From the IMG/VR virus record IMGVR_UViG_2778261418_000005, positions 1 to 17,126 of that record: 17,126 bases of DNA; one strand, 5' to 3'. The stretch is from a virus. Lineage: Duplodnaviria > Heunggongvirae > Uroviricota > Caudoviricetes. The notes below the pieces were generated by a model. The model searched no databases. It saw only the letters and a program-made list of their open reading frames with translations, and was not told the DNA's origin. Both the position numbers and the translations under genes were made by a program. Of this stretch, positions 1 to 10,280 are shown one piece after another (the stretch's first letter is position 1; every line of letters begins with the position of its first letter).

Positions 1-88
1 TTCCCTACAGAGTGGCTTTGATAATGGCTTATACCCTACACGGGATAACTTAACTGATATCCCTTTTAACGGATAAACGGAGCCAACA

Positions 89-331
89 ATGGCAGAGATT
101 ATTCCCATGACTGAAGAACAGAAATTCCAGTTAGAGATTTACAAACTGGTCATGAACCAGAACGCAGCCGCGGAGGAAGCATTTCAATTCATTGGCACTG
201 ACGAACTGAAGCTTGAGCTATTCAAAATTCACTTCCAGTCAGGTGGCGCTAATTCAGATATCACGATCCGCACATTCGAAGCGGTGCGTAAATCGAAGGA
301 AGCGTTAGACCTGTTCACTACCGGAGCATAA
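89..331 (+). CDS. Hypothetical small protein (80 aa) immediately upstream of the terminase genes
   Basis: Intact ORF with a GGAG Shine-Dalgarno at 79-82, 6 nt before the ATG at 89; same strand and tight spacing with the downstream terminase genes. No recognisable motif. I recall a similar small ORF at this position in P22-like phages, from memory only. Confidence 0.55.
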   Translation: MAEIIPMTEEQKFQLEIYKLVMNQNAAAEEAFQFIGTDELKLELFKIHFQSGGANSDITIRTFEAVRKSKEALDLFTTGA

Positions 332-410
332 ACATGGCAACTCAAGGGTTCGACAACCCATCCAAATTCCGCGATGAATGGGATAAGCAAGCAGAAGGGA
401 AATAATCAAT

Positions 411-899
411 ATGGCAGCACCAAAGGGCAACCGATTTTGGGAGGCCCGCAGTAGTCATGGGCGAAATCCTAAATTCGAATCGCCTGAGGCGCTGTGGGCT
501 GCTTGTTGTGAATACTTCGAGTGGGTGGAAGCTAACCCGCTATGGGAGATGAAGGCGTTCTCGTATCAGGGTGAAGTGATACAAGAGCCTATCGCCAAGA
601 TGCGAGCGATGACTATTACAGGCCTCACTCTGTTCATTGATGTGACGCTTGAAACATGGCGCACATATCGCCTGCGAGAAGATTTATCTGAAGTCGTTAC
701 GCGAGCAGAACAGGTCATCTACGACCAGAAATTCTCTGGCGCAGCCGCTGACCTTCTCAACGCTAACATCATCGCCCGTGATTTGGGCCTCAAAGAGCAG
801 TCGCAAGTTGAAGACGTGACACCTGATAAGGGAGATCGCGATAAGCGGCGCTCTCGTATCAAGGAGCTATTCAACCGTGGAACTGGACGCGATTCTTGA
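411..899 (+). CDS. Terminase small subunit (P22 gp3 equivalent), 162 aa
   Basis: A 162-aa ORF directly upstream of and overlapping the large terminase gene; size and sequence ([15 protein letters not shown]...) match my memory of P22 gp3; contains the pac-like sequence at codons ~89-97. Confidence 0.88.
   Translation: MAAPKGNRFWEARSSHGRNPKFESPEALWAACCEYFEWVEANPLWEMKAFSYQGEVIQEPIAKMRAMTITGLTLFIDVTLETWRTYRLREDLSEVVTRAEQVIYDQKFSGAAADLLNANIIARDLGLKEQSQVEDVTPDKGDRDKRRSRIKELFNRGTGRDS
678..703. other. Candidate pac site (headful packaging initiation sequence) inside the small terminase gene
   Basis: Sequence GAAGATTTATCTGAAGTCGTTACGCG at 678-703 matches my recollection of the P22 pac site, which lies within gene 3 at roughly this codon position. 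From memory, not database-verified. Confidence 0.55.
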
Positions 900-2376
900 T
901 AACCTGAGCGACGAAGAGCAAATCGAATTGCTCGAGCTACTCGAAGAAGAAGAGAACTACCGTAACACACACCTGCTATATGAATTTACGCCATACAGCA
1001 AACAGCGTGAGTTCATCGACGCCGGGCATGACTATCCAGAGCGATGTTTTATGGCTGGTAACCAGCTTGGTAAGTCATTTACCGGTGCTGCCGAAGTCGC
1101 GTTTCACCTTACAGGGCGTTATCCGGGCACAAAAGGCTATCCTGCTGATGGTAAATATGGCGGTGAGTGGAAAGGTAAGCGTTTCTATGAGCCTGTTGTC
1201 TTTTGGATTGGTGGCGAGACAAACGAGACTGTAACCAAAACGACTCAACGCATCCTGTGTGGTCGTATCGAAGAGAATGGTGAGCCAGGCTACGGTTCCA
1301 TACCGAAAGAAGACATCATTAGCTGGAAGAAGTCTCCTTTCTTTCCGAACCTTGTTGATCACCTTCTGGTTAAGCATCACACGGCTGATGGCGTTGAAGA
1401 TGGCATTTCAATCTGCTACTTCAAGCCATACTCGCAAGGCCGCGCTCGCTGGCAGGGTGACACAATCCACGGTGTGTGGTTTGACGAAGAGCCACCATAC
1501 AGCATTTATGGCGAAGGGCTTACCCGTACCAACAAATACGGGCAATTCTCAATTCTGACGTTTACCCCGCTGATGGGGATGTCTGACGTTGTTACCAAGT
1601 TCCTGAAGAATCCCAGCAAGTCGCAGAAAGTGGTCAACATGACCATCTATGACGCTGAGCACTACACAGACGAACAGAAAGAGCAAATCATCGCATCCTA
1701 TCCCGAGCATGAGAGAGAGGCGCGTGCTCGCGGTATTCCTACGATGGGTAGCGGTCGAATCTTCCAGATACCGGAAGAGACGATTAAGTGTCAGCCGTTC
1801 GAGTGTCCTGATCACTTCTACGTAATTGGCGGGATGGATTTCGGATGGGATCACCCACAGGCGCAAGTTCAGCTTTGGTGGGATAAGGACGCAGACACAA
1901 TCTACGTTTCACGCGTGTGGAAGGCGAAAGAAAAAACAGCCGTTCAGGCATGGGGAGCCGTTAAATCATGGGCGCATAAAGTGCCAACCGCATGGCCTCA
2001 TGACGGAAACCAGCATGAGAAGGGCGGCGGTGAGCAGCTCAAAGGGCAGTATGCCGACGCTGGTTTTATGATGTTGCAGGAGCATGCGACATGGCCTGAT
2101 GGCGGTAACGCTGTGGAGCCTGGCATCACTGAATTGCGCGACATGATGCTCGATGGTCGCTTCAAAGTATTCAACACCTGTGAGCCATTCTTTGAGGAGT
2201 TCCGCCTCTATCACCGTGATGAAAACGGGAAAATCGTCAAGCTTAACGACGACGTTCTCTCAGCCGTTCGCTATGCATACATGATGCGCCGCTTCGCAAA
2301 AATGATGCGCGACATCAAAAAACCAAAAGAGAAAAAGATACCAGCCCCAATCAGGCCCATCGCACGGAGAACTTAA
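877..2376 (+). CDS. Terminase large subunit (P22 gp2 equivalent), 499 aa
   Basis: A 499-aa ORF overlapping the end of the small terminase gene by 23 nt; Walker A-like motif AGNQLGKS near the N-terminus; size and N-terminal sequence ([37 protein letters not shown]) match my memory of P22 gp2. Confidence 0.9.
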   Translation: MELDAILDNLSDEEQIELLELLEEEENYRNTHLLYEFTPYSKQREFIDAGHDYPERCFMAGNQLGKSFTGAAEVAFHLTGRYPGTKGYPADGKYGGEWKGKRFYEPVVFWIGGETNETVTKTTQRILCGRIEENGEPGYGSIPKEDIISWKKSPFFPNLVDHLLVKHHTADGVEDGISICYFKPYSQGRARWQGDTIHGVWFDEEPPYSIYGEGLTRTNKYGQFSILTFTPLMGMSDVVTKFLKNPSKSQKVVNMTIYDAEHYTDEQKEQIIASYPEHEREARARGIPTMGSGRIFQIPEETIKCQPFECPDHFYVIGGMDFGWDHPQAQVQLWWDKDADTIYVSRVWKAKEKTAVQAWGAVKSWAHKVPTAWPHDGNQHEKGGGEQLKGQYADAGFMMLQEHATWPDGGNAVEPGITELRDMMLDGRFKVFNTCEPFFEEFRLYHRDENGKIVKLNDDVLSAVRYAYMMRRFAKMMRDIKKPKEKKIPAPIRPIARRT

Positions 2377-4542
2377 ATGGCCGACGAAAACAGACTCAAT
2401 TCCATTCTGTGTAAGTTTGACGCGGACTGGATGGCGAGCGATGAAGCCAGAACCGAGGCGACAAATGACCTGTATTTTAGCCGAGTGTCGCAATGGGATG
2501 ACTGGCTATCAAACTACACTACCCTGCAATATCGCGGACAATTCGATGTTGTTCGCCCGGTGGTCAGGAAACTGGTCGCAGAGATGCGCCGGAACCCTAT
2601 CGACGTTCTCTTCCGACCCAAAGACGGCGCTAATCCTGATGCTGCCGATGTGCTGATGGGGATGTATCGTACTGATATGCGCCATAACACGGCAAAAATT
2701 GCCGTTAACGTTGGCGTTCGTGAGCAGATAGAGTCCGGCGTTGGTGCATGGCGTCTGGTCACGCAGTACGAAGACAACGATCCAACAAGCAACAATCAGG
2801 TAATTCGACGCCTGCCAATTCATGAAGCCTGCTCACACGTCATATGGGACGCCAACAGCAAGCAGATGGATAAGAGCGACGCTAAGCACTGCACGGTGAT
2901 TAACGCTTTGTCACGCAATGGCTGGAAAGAGTTCGCAGAGGATTACGGTATTGATCCGGATACCTTGCCATCTTTCCAGAATCCGAACGATACATGGCTG
3001 TTTCCGTGGGTATCGAATGATGTCGTCTACGTCGCTGAGTATTACGAGGTCGAAGAGAAGAAAGAGAAAGTATTCATCTACCGCGACCCACTGACAGGTG
3101 AGCCAGTCAGCTATTACCAGCAGGATATCAAAGACGTCATCGACGACCTGGCTAATCGTGGATTCATTAAGGTAGCAGAGCGTAAGGTGAAGCGTCGGCG
3201 TGTGTATAAGTCGATTATCACCTGCACGCAGATACTGAAAGACCGCGAGAAGATAGCCGGAGAGCATATTCCAATCGTTCCAGTGTATGGCGAATGGTCA
3301 TTCGCTGGTGACAAGGAGTGCTACGAAGGAGTGGTAAGGCTGACGAAAGACGGTCAACGCCTTCGTAACATGATCATGTCATTCAACGCCGATATTGTTG
3401 CTCGTTCACCGAAGAAGAAACCGACCTTCTTCCCTGAGCAAATCGAAGGCTACGAATACATGTACGGTGGAAATGATGACTATCCGTACTATCTGCAGAA
3501 CAGGACCGATGAAAACGGTAACGACCTGCCGATTGGTCCAATCTCCTACATGGAAAACCCTGAAGTGCCGCAAGCCAACGCTTATATGCTTGAGGCTGCC
3601 ACCAACGCAGTGAAAGAGGTGGCTAGTCTTGGTGTGGATGCGCAGGCAGCAAACTCTCAGGTCGCTTTCGATACCGTCAATCAACTGAACATGCGGGCAG
3701 ACCTTGAGACATACGTGTTTCAGGATAACCTGGCTACCGCAATGCGACGTGATGGCGAGATTTATGCCTCAATGGTCAACGATATTTATGACGTTCCTCG
3801 TCATGTAACGCTGACACTTGAAGATGGAAGCGAGAAAGACGTTCAACTCTATGCGCAAGTTGTCGATTACCAGTCCGGCAATGTGGTCACACTCAACGAC
3901 ATTCGCGGTCGCTATGAGTGCTATACAGACGTCGGACCATCCTTCCAGAGTATGAAGGAACAGAATCGCGCAGAGATTCAGGAGTTGCTAACCAAGGTTC
4001 CGCAAGGTACTCCAGAGTTCCAGATGCTGATGCTGCAATACTTCACGCTGCTTGACGGTAAAGGCGTCGAGATGATGCGAGAGTACGCGAACAAGCAACT
4101 GGTGATGATGGGGCTGAAGAAACCAGAAACACCTGAAGAGATGGAGATGGTACAGCAGGCTCAACAGCAGCCGCAGCAGCCATCAGCAGAGCAAATTCAG
4201 GCGCAGGGCATTCTTCTGCAAGGTCAGGCTGAATTGCTCAAGGCAGAGAACCAACAGGCGCAGATTCAGGTTGAAGCCGCCAAGGTTGAAGCCCAAAACC
4301 AACTCAACGCCGCGAAGATTGCAGAAATCTTCAACAATATGGACCTCGACAAGCAGGCAGAACTGCGTGAGTACCTCAAGCTCGTAGGTCAATTCCAGCA
4401 ACAGCGCAGCAAAGATGCTCGTGCTAACGCTGAGCTGCTTCTTAAAGATGCAGACCAGACTCATTCACAACGCATGGATTTCGCGAATCTTATGCGTCAA
4501 GTTCAAATCCCCTCCGGCGGAGTAGCCGAGACACCTCAATAA
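2377..4542 (+). CDS. Portal protein (P22 gp1 equivalent), 721 aa
   Basis: A 721-aa ORF starting immediately after the large terminase stop (TAA at 2374-2376, ATG at 2377); size and position are those of a P22-type portal; long C-terminal Q/A/E-rich predicted helix typical of the P22 portal C-terminal barrel. Confidence 0.9.
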   Translation: MADENRLNSILCKFDADWMASDEARTEATNDLYFSRVSQWDDWLSNYTTLQYRGQFDVVRPVVRKLVAEMRRNPIDVLFRPKDGANPDAADVLMGMYRTDMRHNTAKIAVNVGVREQIESGVGAWRLVTQYEDNDPTSNNQVIRRLPIHEACSHVIWDANSKQMDKSDAKHCTVINALSRNGWKEFAEDYGIDPDTLPSFQNPNDTWLFPWVSNDVVYVAEYYEVEEKKEKVFIYRDPLTGEPVSYYQQDIKDVIDDLANRGFIKVAERKVKRRRVYKSIITCTQILKDREKIAGEHIPIVPVYGEWSFAGDKECYEGVVRLTKDGQRLRNMIMSFNADIVARSPKKKPTFFPEQIEGYEYMYGGNDDYPYYLQNRTDENGNDLPIGPISYMENPEVPQANAYMLEAATNAVKEVASLGVDAQAANSQVAFDTVNQLNMRADLETYVFQDNLATAMRRDGEIYASMVNDIYDVPRHVTLTLEDGSEKDVQLYAQVVDYQSGNVVTLNDIRGRYECYTDVGPSFQSMKEQNRAEIQELLTKVPQGTPEFQMLMLQYFTLLDGKGVEMMREYANKQLVMMGLKKPETPEEMEMVQQAQQQPQQPSAEQIQAQGILLQGQAELLKAENQQAQIQVEAAKVEAQNQLNAAKIAEIFNNMDLDKQAELREYLKLVGQFQQQRSKDARANAELLLKDADQTHSQRMDFANLMRQVQIPSGGVAETPQ

Positions 4543-4555
4543 GAGAGAGTTAATC

Positions 4556-5467
4556 ATGGACCAAACCACCGACATTCAGGCTTCTGAAGAATTAACCCTG
4601 CCCGGCAATCATGCAGCGGCATCTGCTGATGGCTTAGTTGTCGATAATGCCAACGACAACGCAGGTCAGGAAGAAGGCTTCGAGATTGTCCTGAAAGACG
4701 ATGAGAAACCAAAACAAGACCCGGCAACTAATGCTGAATTTGCCCGTCGCCGCATCGAACGCAAACGCCAGCGTGAGCTTGAGCAGCAGATGGAAGCGGT
4801 TAAGCGTGGAGAGTTGCCGGAGCACCTGCGGGTGAGTCCTGAGTTACCAAAACAACCAGACCCTAACGATTATCTTTCCGAAGACGCACTGGCTAAGTAC
4901 GACTATGACCAGGGCCGCGCACTGGCTGCCTTCCAGCAGGCAAACAGTGAATGGCAGATCAAGGCTATGGACGCACGAAGCCAGGCTGTCGCCGAGCAGG
5001 GGCGAAAAACTCAGGAGTTCACCCAGCAATCAGCGCAATACGTCGAGGCAGCCCGTAAGCACTACGACGCAGCGGAAAAGCTCAACATCCCTGACTATCA
5101 GGAGAAAGAGGATGCATTCATGCAATTGGTGCCGCCAGCAGTCGGTGCCGATATCATGCGTCTCTTCCCGGAGAAATCCGCTGCTCTCATGTATCACCTT
5201 GGTGCTAATCCTGAGAAAACACGCCAGTTGCTGGCGATGGACGGGCAATCCGCGCTGATTGAACTCACTCGACTGTCAGAACGTTTAACTCTCAAGCCTC
5301 GAGCCAAGCCTGTTTCAGAAGCCCCGTTACCTGATGAACCCATTCAGGGACACGCTGTTGCTGCAAATATCTCTGCGATTGAAAAGCAGATGGAAGCGGC
5401 AGCAAACAAAGGGGATGTAGAGACATACCGCAAGCTCAAGGCGCAACTGAATAAAGGAATTCGATAA
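4556..5467 (+). CDS. Scaffolding protein (P22 gp8 equivalent), 303 aa
   Basis: A 303-aa ORF between portal and coat; highly charged and helical in composition (E/K/R/A/Q-rich); stop overlaps the coat start (TAATG at 5465-5469). Confidence 0.88.
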   Translation: MDQTTDIQASEELTLPGNHAAASADGLVVDNANDNAGQEEGFEIVLKDDEKPKQDPATNAEFARRRIERKRQRELEQQMEAVKRGELPEHLRVSPELPKQPDPNDYLSEDALAKYDYDQGRALAAFQQANSEWQIKAMDARSQAVAEQGRKTQEFTQQSAQYVEAARKHYDAAEKLNIPDYQEKEDAFMQLVPPAVGADIMRLFPEKSAALMYHLGANPEKTRQLLAMDGQSALIELTRLSERLTLKPRAKPVSEAPLPDEPIQGHAVAANISAIEKQMEAAANKGDVETYRKLKAQLNKGIR

Positions 5468-6762
5468 TGGCATTAAATGAAGGTCAACTGGTCACGTATG
5501 CTCTGGATGAAATCATCGAAACCGTCCAGAACCTGACGCCAATGGCGTCCAAAGTGACAAAATACACCCCTCCGGCAGAATCCATGCAGCGTTCAAGCAA
5601 CACCGTGTGGATGCCTGTTGAGCAGGAAGCGCCAACCCAGACTGGCTGGGATTTAACTGGCAAAGCAACCGGGATTCTGGAACTCTCCGTGAAATGCAAC
5701 ATGGGCGATCCGGATAACGATTTCTTCGAGCTTCGTGCAGATGACCTGCGTGATGAGCGTTCTTACCGTCGCCGCATCCAGGCATCCGCCAAAAAATTGG
5801 CGAATAACATTGAGTCAGCAATTGCCAAACAGGCAACCGAAATGGGCTCACTTGTTGTTCACGATACCCGCGCAATTGGTCCATCTACTGGCCTGTCTGG
5901 CTGGGATTTTGTGTCTGATGCAGAGCGACTGATGTTCTCCCGCGAACTCAACCGCGACATGGGAATCAGTTACTTCCTGAACCCTGACGATTACCGCAAA
6001 GCAGGCCGCAACCTGGTAGATGGTGACATCTTTGGGCGCGTTCCTGAAGAAGCGTATCGTAACGGTACTATTCAGCGTCAGATTGCTGGCTTTGATGAAA
6101 TTCTTCGCTCACCGAAACTTCCGGCAGTTACCAAGTCAACCGCTACTGGTGTAACTGTTTCTGGTGCGCAGAAGTTTAAGCCGCAGGCATACACCCTTGA
6201 TACCGATGGTAACAAAGAGAACGTCGACAACCGTGTTGCAACGGTGACCGTATCCTCAACCACCGGATTTAAGCGCGGCGACAAAATCAGCTTCACTGGT
6301 GTGAAATTCCTGTCTCAGATGGCGAAGAACGTGCTGACTGATGATGCTACTTTCTCAATCACCCGTGTGATCGATGGTACTCACATAGAAATCACGCCGA
6401 AGCCGATTGCGCTTGATGACGCTTCACTGACAAAAGAAGAGAAGGCTTACGCTAACGTAAACACCTCTCTTGCTGATACCACTCCGGTAAACGTTCTGAA
6501 CGTGGCAACAACCACCGCTAACGTGTTCTGGGCTGATGACTCAATCCGTCTGCTGTCTCAGCCGATCCCGGTAACCCATGAACTGTTTGCTGGCATGAAA
6601 ACGTCTTCCTTCAGCATTCCTGGTATTGGTGTTAACGGCATCTTCGCAACGCAGGGAGATATCAACACCCTGTCTGGTAAGTGCCGTATTGCTGTGTGGT
6701 ATTCAGCATGTGCTGTACGACCAGAGGCAATTGGTGTTGGTCTGCCTAACCAGACTGCGTGA
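5467..6762 (+). CDS. Major capsid (coat) protein (P22 gp5 equivalent), 431 aa
   Basis: A 431-aa ORF translationally coupled to the scaffold gene; size and position match the P22 coat protein; followed by a strong hairpin terminator. Confidence 0.9.
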   Translation: MALNEGQLVTYALDEIIETVQNLTPMASKVTKYTPPAESMQRSSNTVWMPVEQEAPTQTGWDLTGKATGILELSVKCNMGDPDNDFFELRADDLRDERSYRRRIQASAKKLANNIESAIAKQATEMGSLVVHDTRAIGPSTGLSGWDFVSDAERLMFSRELNRDMGISYFLNPDDYRKAGRNLVDGDIFGRVPEEAYRNGTIQRQIAGFDEILRSPKLPAVTKSTATGVTVSGAQKFKPQAYTLDTDGNKENVDNRVATVTVSSTTGFKRGDKISFTGVKFLSQMAKNVLTDDATFSITRVIDGTHIEITPKPIALDDASLTKEEKAYANVNTSLADTTPVNVLNVATTTANVFWADDSIRLLSQPIPVTHELFAGMKTSSFSIPGIGVNGIFATQGDINTLSGKCRIAVWYSACAVRPEAIGVGLPNQTA

Positions 6763-6768
6763 TAACCA

Positions 6769-6793
6769 GAGGGAGCTTCGGCTCCCTTTTTTA
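6769..6793 (+). terminator. Intrinsic (rho-independent) terminator-like hairpin directly after the coat gene
   Basis: AGGGAGC-TTCG-GCTCCCT stem-loop (7-bp GC-rich stem, tetraloop) followed by TTTTTTA, starting 7 nt after the coat stop codon. Confidence 0.6.
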
Positions 6794-6806
6794 TCTGGAG
6801 ACAAGC

Positions 6807-7079
6807 ATGACACACATGATCTTTCGTCATGGCGACATGAAGAAGTGGAAAGGCGTTGGCTACGACTTTGAAATCGTGAAAGCCGAAGAGCTTCAGGAAT
6901 ATCTGGATGCTGGCTGGTTTTCACATCCTGATGACCTTTTGAAGGATGTTGCAGAGCCAGAGCCAGAGCCAGAGCCAGAGCAAGAGCCAGAGCAAGAGCC
7001 AGAGCAAGAAGAAAAACAGCGTAAAAAGCCTAGTCGAAAACCTAAGGCGGCAGCAGATGAACCTGACAACGAAGGGTGA
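6807..7079 (+). CDS. Hypothetical acidic protein with a tandem PE/QE repeat ([21 protein letters not shown]) and a basic C-terminal tail, about 90 aa
   Basis: ORF in the gap between coat and the gp4 equivalent; ATG at 6807 preceded by GGAG at 6797-6800; lies downstream of the coat terminator; 3' end overlaps the gp4-like start by 23 nt. The track ORF starts further upstream at 6759 (GTG), but that start would span the terminator hairpin. Confidence 0.45.
   Translation: MTHMIFRHGDMKKWKGVGYDFEIVKAEELQEYLDAGWFSHPDDLLKDVAEPEPEPEPEQEPEQEPEQEEKQRKKPSRKPKAAADEPDNEG
6954..7007. repeat. Hexanucleotide tandem repeat (GAGCCA/GAGCAA, 9 units)
   Basis: Direct reading: gagcca x4, then gagcaa/gagcca alternating; encodes the EP/EQ repeat in one frame and an SQ/SK repeat in the frame of the downstream gene. 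Confidence 0.9.
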
Positions 7080-7557
7080 TTTAGTTCTTGCGGCATTACG
7101 TAAGCTCGGTGTGGCATCAAATGCCACGTTAACCGATGTCGAACCGCAGTCTATGGAAGACGGCGTCAACGACCTTGAAATGATGATGGCTGAATGGCTT
7201 GGCGGTGATGCGTCACCAGGTATCAACGTTGGCTACATTTTCGCTGATGCAGATGTCGCTCCAGATCCGGGCGATGAGCACGGTTTATCAAATAACGCTA
7301 TCAATGCCGTCATTTTCAACCTTGCCTGCCGCATTGCTCCGGATTATGCGCTGGAAGCGTCTACAAAACTTATAACCACTGCCAGATACGGGAAAGAGCG
7401 ACTCGTCAAACTGTCTGCAATGGACAGAGCAAAAGCCGCTAAATGTAAGTCCGGTTATCCAAACCGTATGCCTGTTGGTAGCGGTAATCAGTTGGCGAAG
7501 TGGAACGGTTGGAATTACTTCCAGCGAAAGGAACCTTGCGATAACGGGAGCGAATAA
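7057..7557 (+). CDS. P22 gp4 equivalent (portal-associated head completion / tail adaptor protein), 166 aa
   Basis: Start chosen at the ATG at 7057 ([21 protein letters not shown]...), which gives 166 aa and matches my memory of the P22 gp4 N-terminus and length; AAGG at 7044-7047, 9 nt upstream. The track ORF extends upstream to 6946 through the repeat. Confidence 0.8.
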   Translation: MNLTTKGDLVLAALRKLGVASNATLTDVEPQSMEDGVNDLEMMMAEWLGGDASPGINVGYIFADADVAPDPGDEHGLSNNAINAVIFNLACRIAPDYALEASTKLITTARYGKERLVKLSAMDRAKAAKCKSGYPNRMPVGSGNQLAKWNGWNYFQRKEPCDNGSE

Positions 7558-8975
7558 TGCCGATTCAGCAACTTCCGCTCATGAAAGGCGTCGGCAAAGA
7601 CTTCCGAAACGCCGACTATATCGACTATCTGCCAGTGAATATGCTGGCTACACCCAAAGAAATACTCAACAGCAGCGGATATCTTCGCTCATTCCCGGGC
7701 ATTGCCAAACGCTCTGATGTGAACGGCGTATCTCGCGGCGTCGAGTACAACATGGCGCAGAGTGCTGTTTATCGCGTGTGCGGGGGCAAGTTGTATAAGG
7801 GCGAAAGCGAAGTCGGTGATGTTGCCGGAAGTGGTCGTGTATCAATGGCTCATGGTCGGACATCACAGGCGGTAGGCGTTAATGGTCAACTGGTCGAGTA
7901 TCGTTATGATGGCACGGTTAAAACCGTCTCAAACTGGCCTACAGACAGCGGATTCACGCAGTATGAGTTAGGCTCAGTACGCGACATTACGCGCTTACGT
8001 GGGCGTTATGCGTGGTCAAAAGACGGCACTGATTCATGGTTTATCACTGACCTTGAAGACGAATCGCATCCTGACCGATACAGCGCACAATATCGCGCAG
8101 AATCGCAGCCTGACGGCATCATCGGCATCGGCACATGGCGAGACTTCATTGTCTGCTTTGGTTCATCGACGATTGAGTATTTCTCCCTGACTGGTGCAAC
8201 CACCGTTGGTGCTGCTTTGTATGTCGCACAGCCATCACTGATGGTGCAAAAAGGCATCGCCGGGACTTACTGCAAAACGCCGTTTGCTGATTCGTATGCA
8301 TTTATCAGCAATCCGGCAACAGGTGCGCCGTCTGTGTATATCATCGGCTCCGGTCAGGTATCACCAATCGCCAGCGCGAGCATTGAGAAAATCCTCCGCT
8401 CCTACACTGCTGATGAACTGGCTGATGGTGTGATGGAATCGCTGCGATTTGATGCTCATGAGTTGCTGATTATCCACCTTCCGCGCCATGTTCTCGTGTA
8501 CGACGCATCTTCAAGCGCCAATGGTCCGCAATGGTGTGTACTGAAAACAGGCCTGTATGACGATGTGTACCGCGCTATCGACTTCATTTACGAAGGCAAC
8601 CAAATAACGTGCGGCGATAAGCTTGAATCGATGACAGGGAAATTGCAGTTCGATATCAGCAGCCAGTACGACAAGCAACAGGAACACCTGCTGTTTACTC
8701 CGTTGTTCAAAGCAGATAACGCCAGAGTTTTCGACCTTGAAGTTGAGTCGTCAACTGGCGTTGCGCAGTATGCTGACCGCCTGTTCCTCTCTGCAACCAC
8801 TGACGGCATAAATTATGGGCGTGAGCAGATGATTGAGCAGAATGAACCGTTCGTTTACGACAAACGCGTTTTGTGGAAACGAGTAGGGCGCATCAGGAAA
8901 AACATTGGCTTCAAATTGCGCGTTATCACGAAGTCACCTGTCACTCTGTCTGGCTGCCAGATAAGGATTGAGTAA
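7557..8975 (+). CDS. P22 gp10 equivalent (head completion / tail hub protein), 472 aa
   Basis: A 472-aa ORF, the length I recall for P22 gp10; translationally coupled to the upstream gene (TAATG at 7555-7559); position after the gp4 equivalent. Confidence 0.85.
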   Translation: MPIQQLPLMKGVGKDFRNADYIDYLPVNMLATPKEILNSSGYLRSFPGIAKRSDVNGVSRGVEYNMAQSAVYRVCGGKLYKGESEVGDVAGSGRVSMAHGRTSQAVGVNGQLVEYRYDGTVKTVSNWPTDSGFTQYELGSVRDITRLRGRYAWSKDGTDSWFITDLEDESHPDRYSAQYRAESQPDGIIGIGTWRDFIVCFGSSTIEYFSLTGATTVGAALYVAQPSLMVQKGIAGTYCKTPFADSYAFISNPATGAPSVYIIGSGQVSPIASASIEKILRSYTADELADGVMESLRFDAHELLIIHLPRHVLVYDASSSANGPQWCVLKTGLYDDVYRAIDFIYEGNQITCGDKLESMTGKLQFDISSQYDKQQEHLLFTPLFKADNARVFDLEVESSTGVAQYADRLFLSATTDGINYGREQMIEQNEPFVYDKRVLWKRVGRIRKNIGFKLRVITKSPVTLSGCQIRIE

Positions 8976-9823
8976 TGGCGGATTCGAATCTCAATGTGCC
9001 GGTAATCATTCAGGCTACACGACTCGATACATCAGTCCTTCCACGCAATATCTTCTCGCAGTCATATCTGCTGTACGTTATTGCACAGGGTACTGATGTT
9101 GGTAACGTGGCGAACAAGGCCAACGAAGCAGGGCAGGGCGCTTATGACGCACAAGTCAGGAACGATGAGCAGGATGTGATTCTGGTCGATCACGAAATTC
9201 GACTGGCATCAGCTGAAGCGAAGATTCAGGACCACGAAACAAGGATCACTAACGCAGAATCGGCGATAGTCGGCCTTGATTCCCGATTAACGACAGCAGA
9301 AAACGATATTGATTATCTGACTGATGAAGTTATCGCCATTCAAAACACGCTTTCAGACCATGAAACGCGCATTGATGCTCTGGAGTATGCCACTACTCGC
9401 AAAAAGTCAGAGGTTGTTTACTCTGGCGTATCTGTAACCATCCCGACAGCGCCGACCAACCTTGTTAGCCTGCTGAAAACGCTCACGCCGTCATCCGGGA
9501 CGTTGGCACCATTCTTCGACACTGTTAACAACAAGATGGTTGTGTTCAACGAGAACAAAACCTTGTTCTTCAAGCTGTCGATCGTCGGGACGTGGCCCAG
9601 CGGAACCGCCAACAGGTCAATGCAGCTAACCTTTTCCGGCTCTGTTCCTGATACGCTGGTCAGCAGTCGTAATGCGGCGACAACAACCGACAACATCCTG
9701 TTAGTTACGTTCTTCAGCGTGGATAAAGACGGTTTTCTTGCCACAAATGGCAGTACGTTAACTATTCAGTCAAATGGGGCGGCGTTTACTGCCACAACCA
9801 TCAAGATAATCGCGGAGCAGTAA
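8975..9823 (+). CDS. Tail needle protein (P22 gp26 equivalent) with an extended C-terminal domain, 282 aa
   Basis: N-terminus [43 protein letters not shown] matches my memory of the P22 gp26 N-terminal tip; central heptad-like coiled coil; the C-terminal ~120 aa are S/T/N-rich and beta-like, and the protein is longer than the P22 needle. Confidence 0.85.
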   Translation: MADSNLNVPVIIQATRLDTSVLPRNIFSQSYLLYVIAQGTDVGNVANKANEAGQGAYDAQVRNDEQDVILVDHEIRLASAEAKIQDHETRITNAESAIVGLDSRLTTAENDIDYLTDEVIAIQNTLSDHETRIDALEYATTRKKSEVVYSGVSVTIPTAPTNLVSLLKTLTPSSGTLAPFFDTVNNKMVVFNENKTLFFKLSIVGTWPSGTANRSMQLTFSGSVPDTLVSSRNAATTTDNILLVTFFSVDKDGFLATNGSTLTIQSNGAAFTATTIKIIAEQ

Positions 9824-10278
9824 TGATTCAGTTCAAACCAACGCGAAACATCGACTTGATCGAAGCAGTCGGAAATCACCCTGACATTATTGCCGGGAGC
9901 AACAACGGTGATGGATACGACTATAAACATGATTGCCGTTACTTTGAGGTGAACGTGCACGGGCAGTTCGGCGGCATTGTTTACTATCAGGAGATTCAGC
10001 CTTTGACCTTTGATTGCCACGCCATGTACCTGCCAGAGGTTCGTGGATTCAGCAAGGAAATCGGGCTGGCGTTCTGGCGATACATTCTGACTAACACCAC
10101 CGTTCAGTGCGTCACATCGTTCGCTGCGCGCAAATTCCGCCACGGTCAGATGTACTGCGCAATGATTGGCCTTAAGCGAGTAGGAACCATCAAGAAATAC
10201 TTCAAAGGCGTGGATGACGTGACTTTTTACAGCGCAACACGCGAAGAACTAATCGACTTCCTGAATCACGGGAGATAG
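9823..10278 (+). CDS. P22 gp14-position protein (head completion / ejection-associated), 151 aa
   Basis: Assigned by synteny only (between tail needle and ejection protein genes); TAATG coupling with the tail needle gene; no motif recognised. Confidence 0.6.
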   Translation: MIQFKPTRNIDLIEAVGNHPDIIAGSNNGDGYDYKHDCRYFEVNVHGQFGGIVYYQEIQPLTFDCHAMYLPEVRGFSKEIGLAFWRYILTNTTVQCVTSFAARKFRHGQMYCAMIGLKRVGTIKKYFKGVDDVTFYSATREELIDFLNHGR

Positions 10279-10280
10279 CC

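Noticed and set aside
2509-3684. Several - strand ORFs (about 66-118 aa) inside the portal gene, and similar antisense ORFs inside the terminase, coat, gp10 and gp16 genes (for example 1075-1380, 5513-5884, 8006-8257, 12522-12929)
   Set aside because: All are embedded antisense or out of frame within long, well-supported structural genes, lack ribosome-binding sites and have no recognisable features; typical spurious ORFs.
4140-4542. Q/A/E-rich low-complexity stretch at the portal C-terminus as a possible separate repeat or gene
   Set aside because: It is in frame and continuous with the portal ORF and corresponds to the long C-terminal helical extension known for P22-type portals; not an independent feature.
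6759-6806. Upstream GTG start (6759) for the PE-repeat ORF as given in the ORF track
   Set aside because: That start overlaps the coat stop and would place the terminator hairpin (6769-6793) inside the coding sequence; the ATG at 6807 has a properly spaced GGAG.
6946-7557. 203-aa track ORF that extends the gp4-like gene upstream through the hexanucleotide repeat (N-terminus [23 protein letters not shown]...)
   Set aside because: The internal Met at 7057 gives a 166-aa product whose N-terminus and length match the P22 gp4 I recall, and has an upstream AAGG; the extension is only the tandem repeat read in another frame. Kept as a gp4 start at 7057, with the alternative noted as a finding.
9766-10143. 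125-aa - strand ORF overlapping the gp14-position gene
   Set aside because: Antisense to a syntenic, translationally coupled + strand gene; no independent support.
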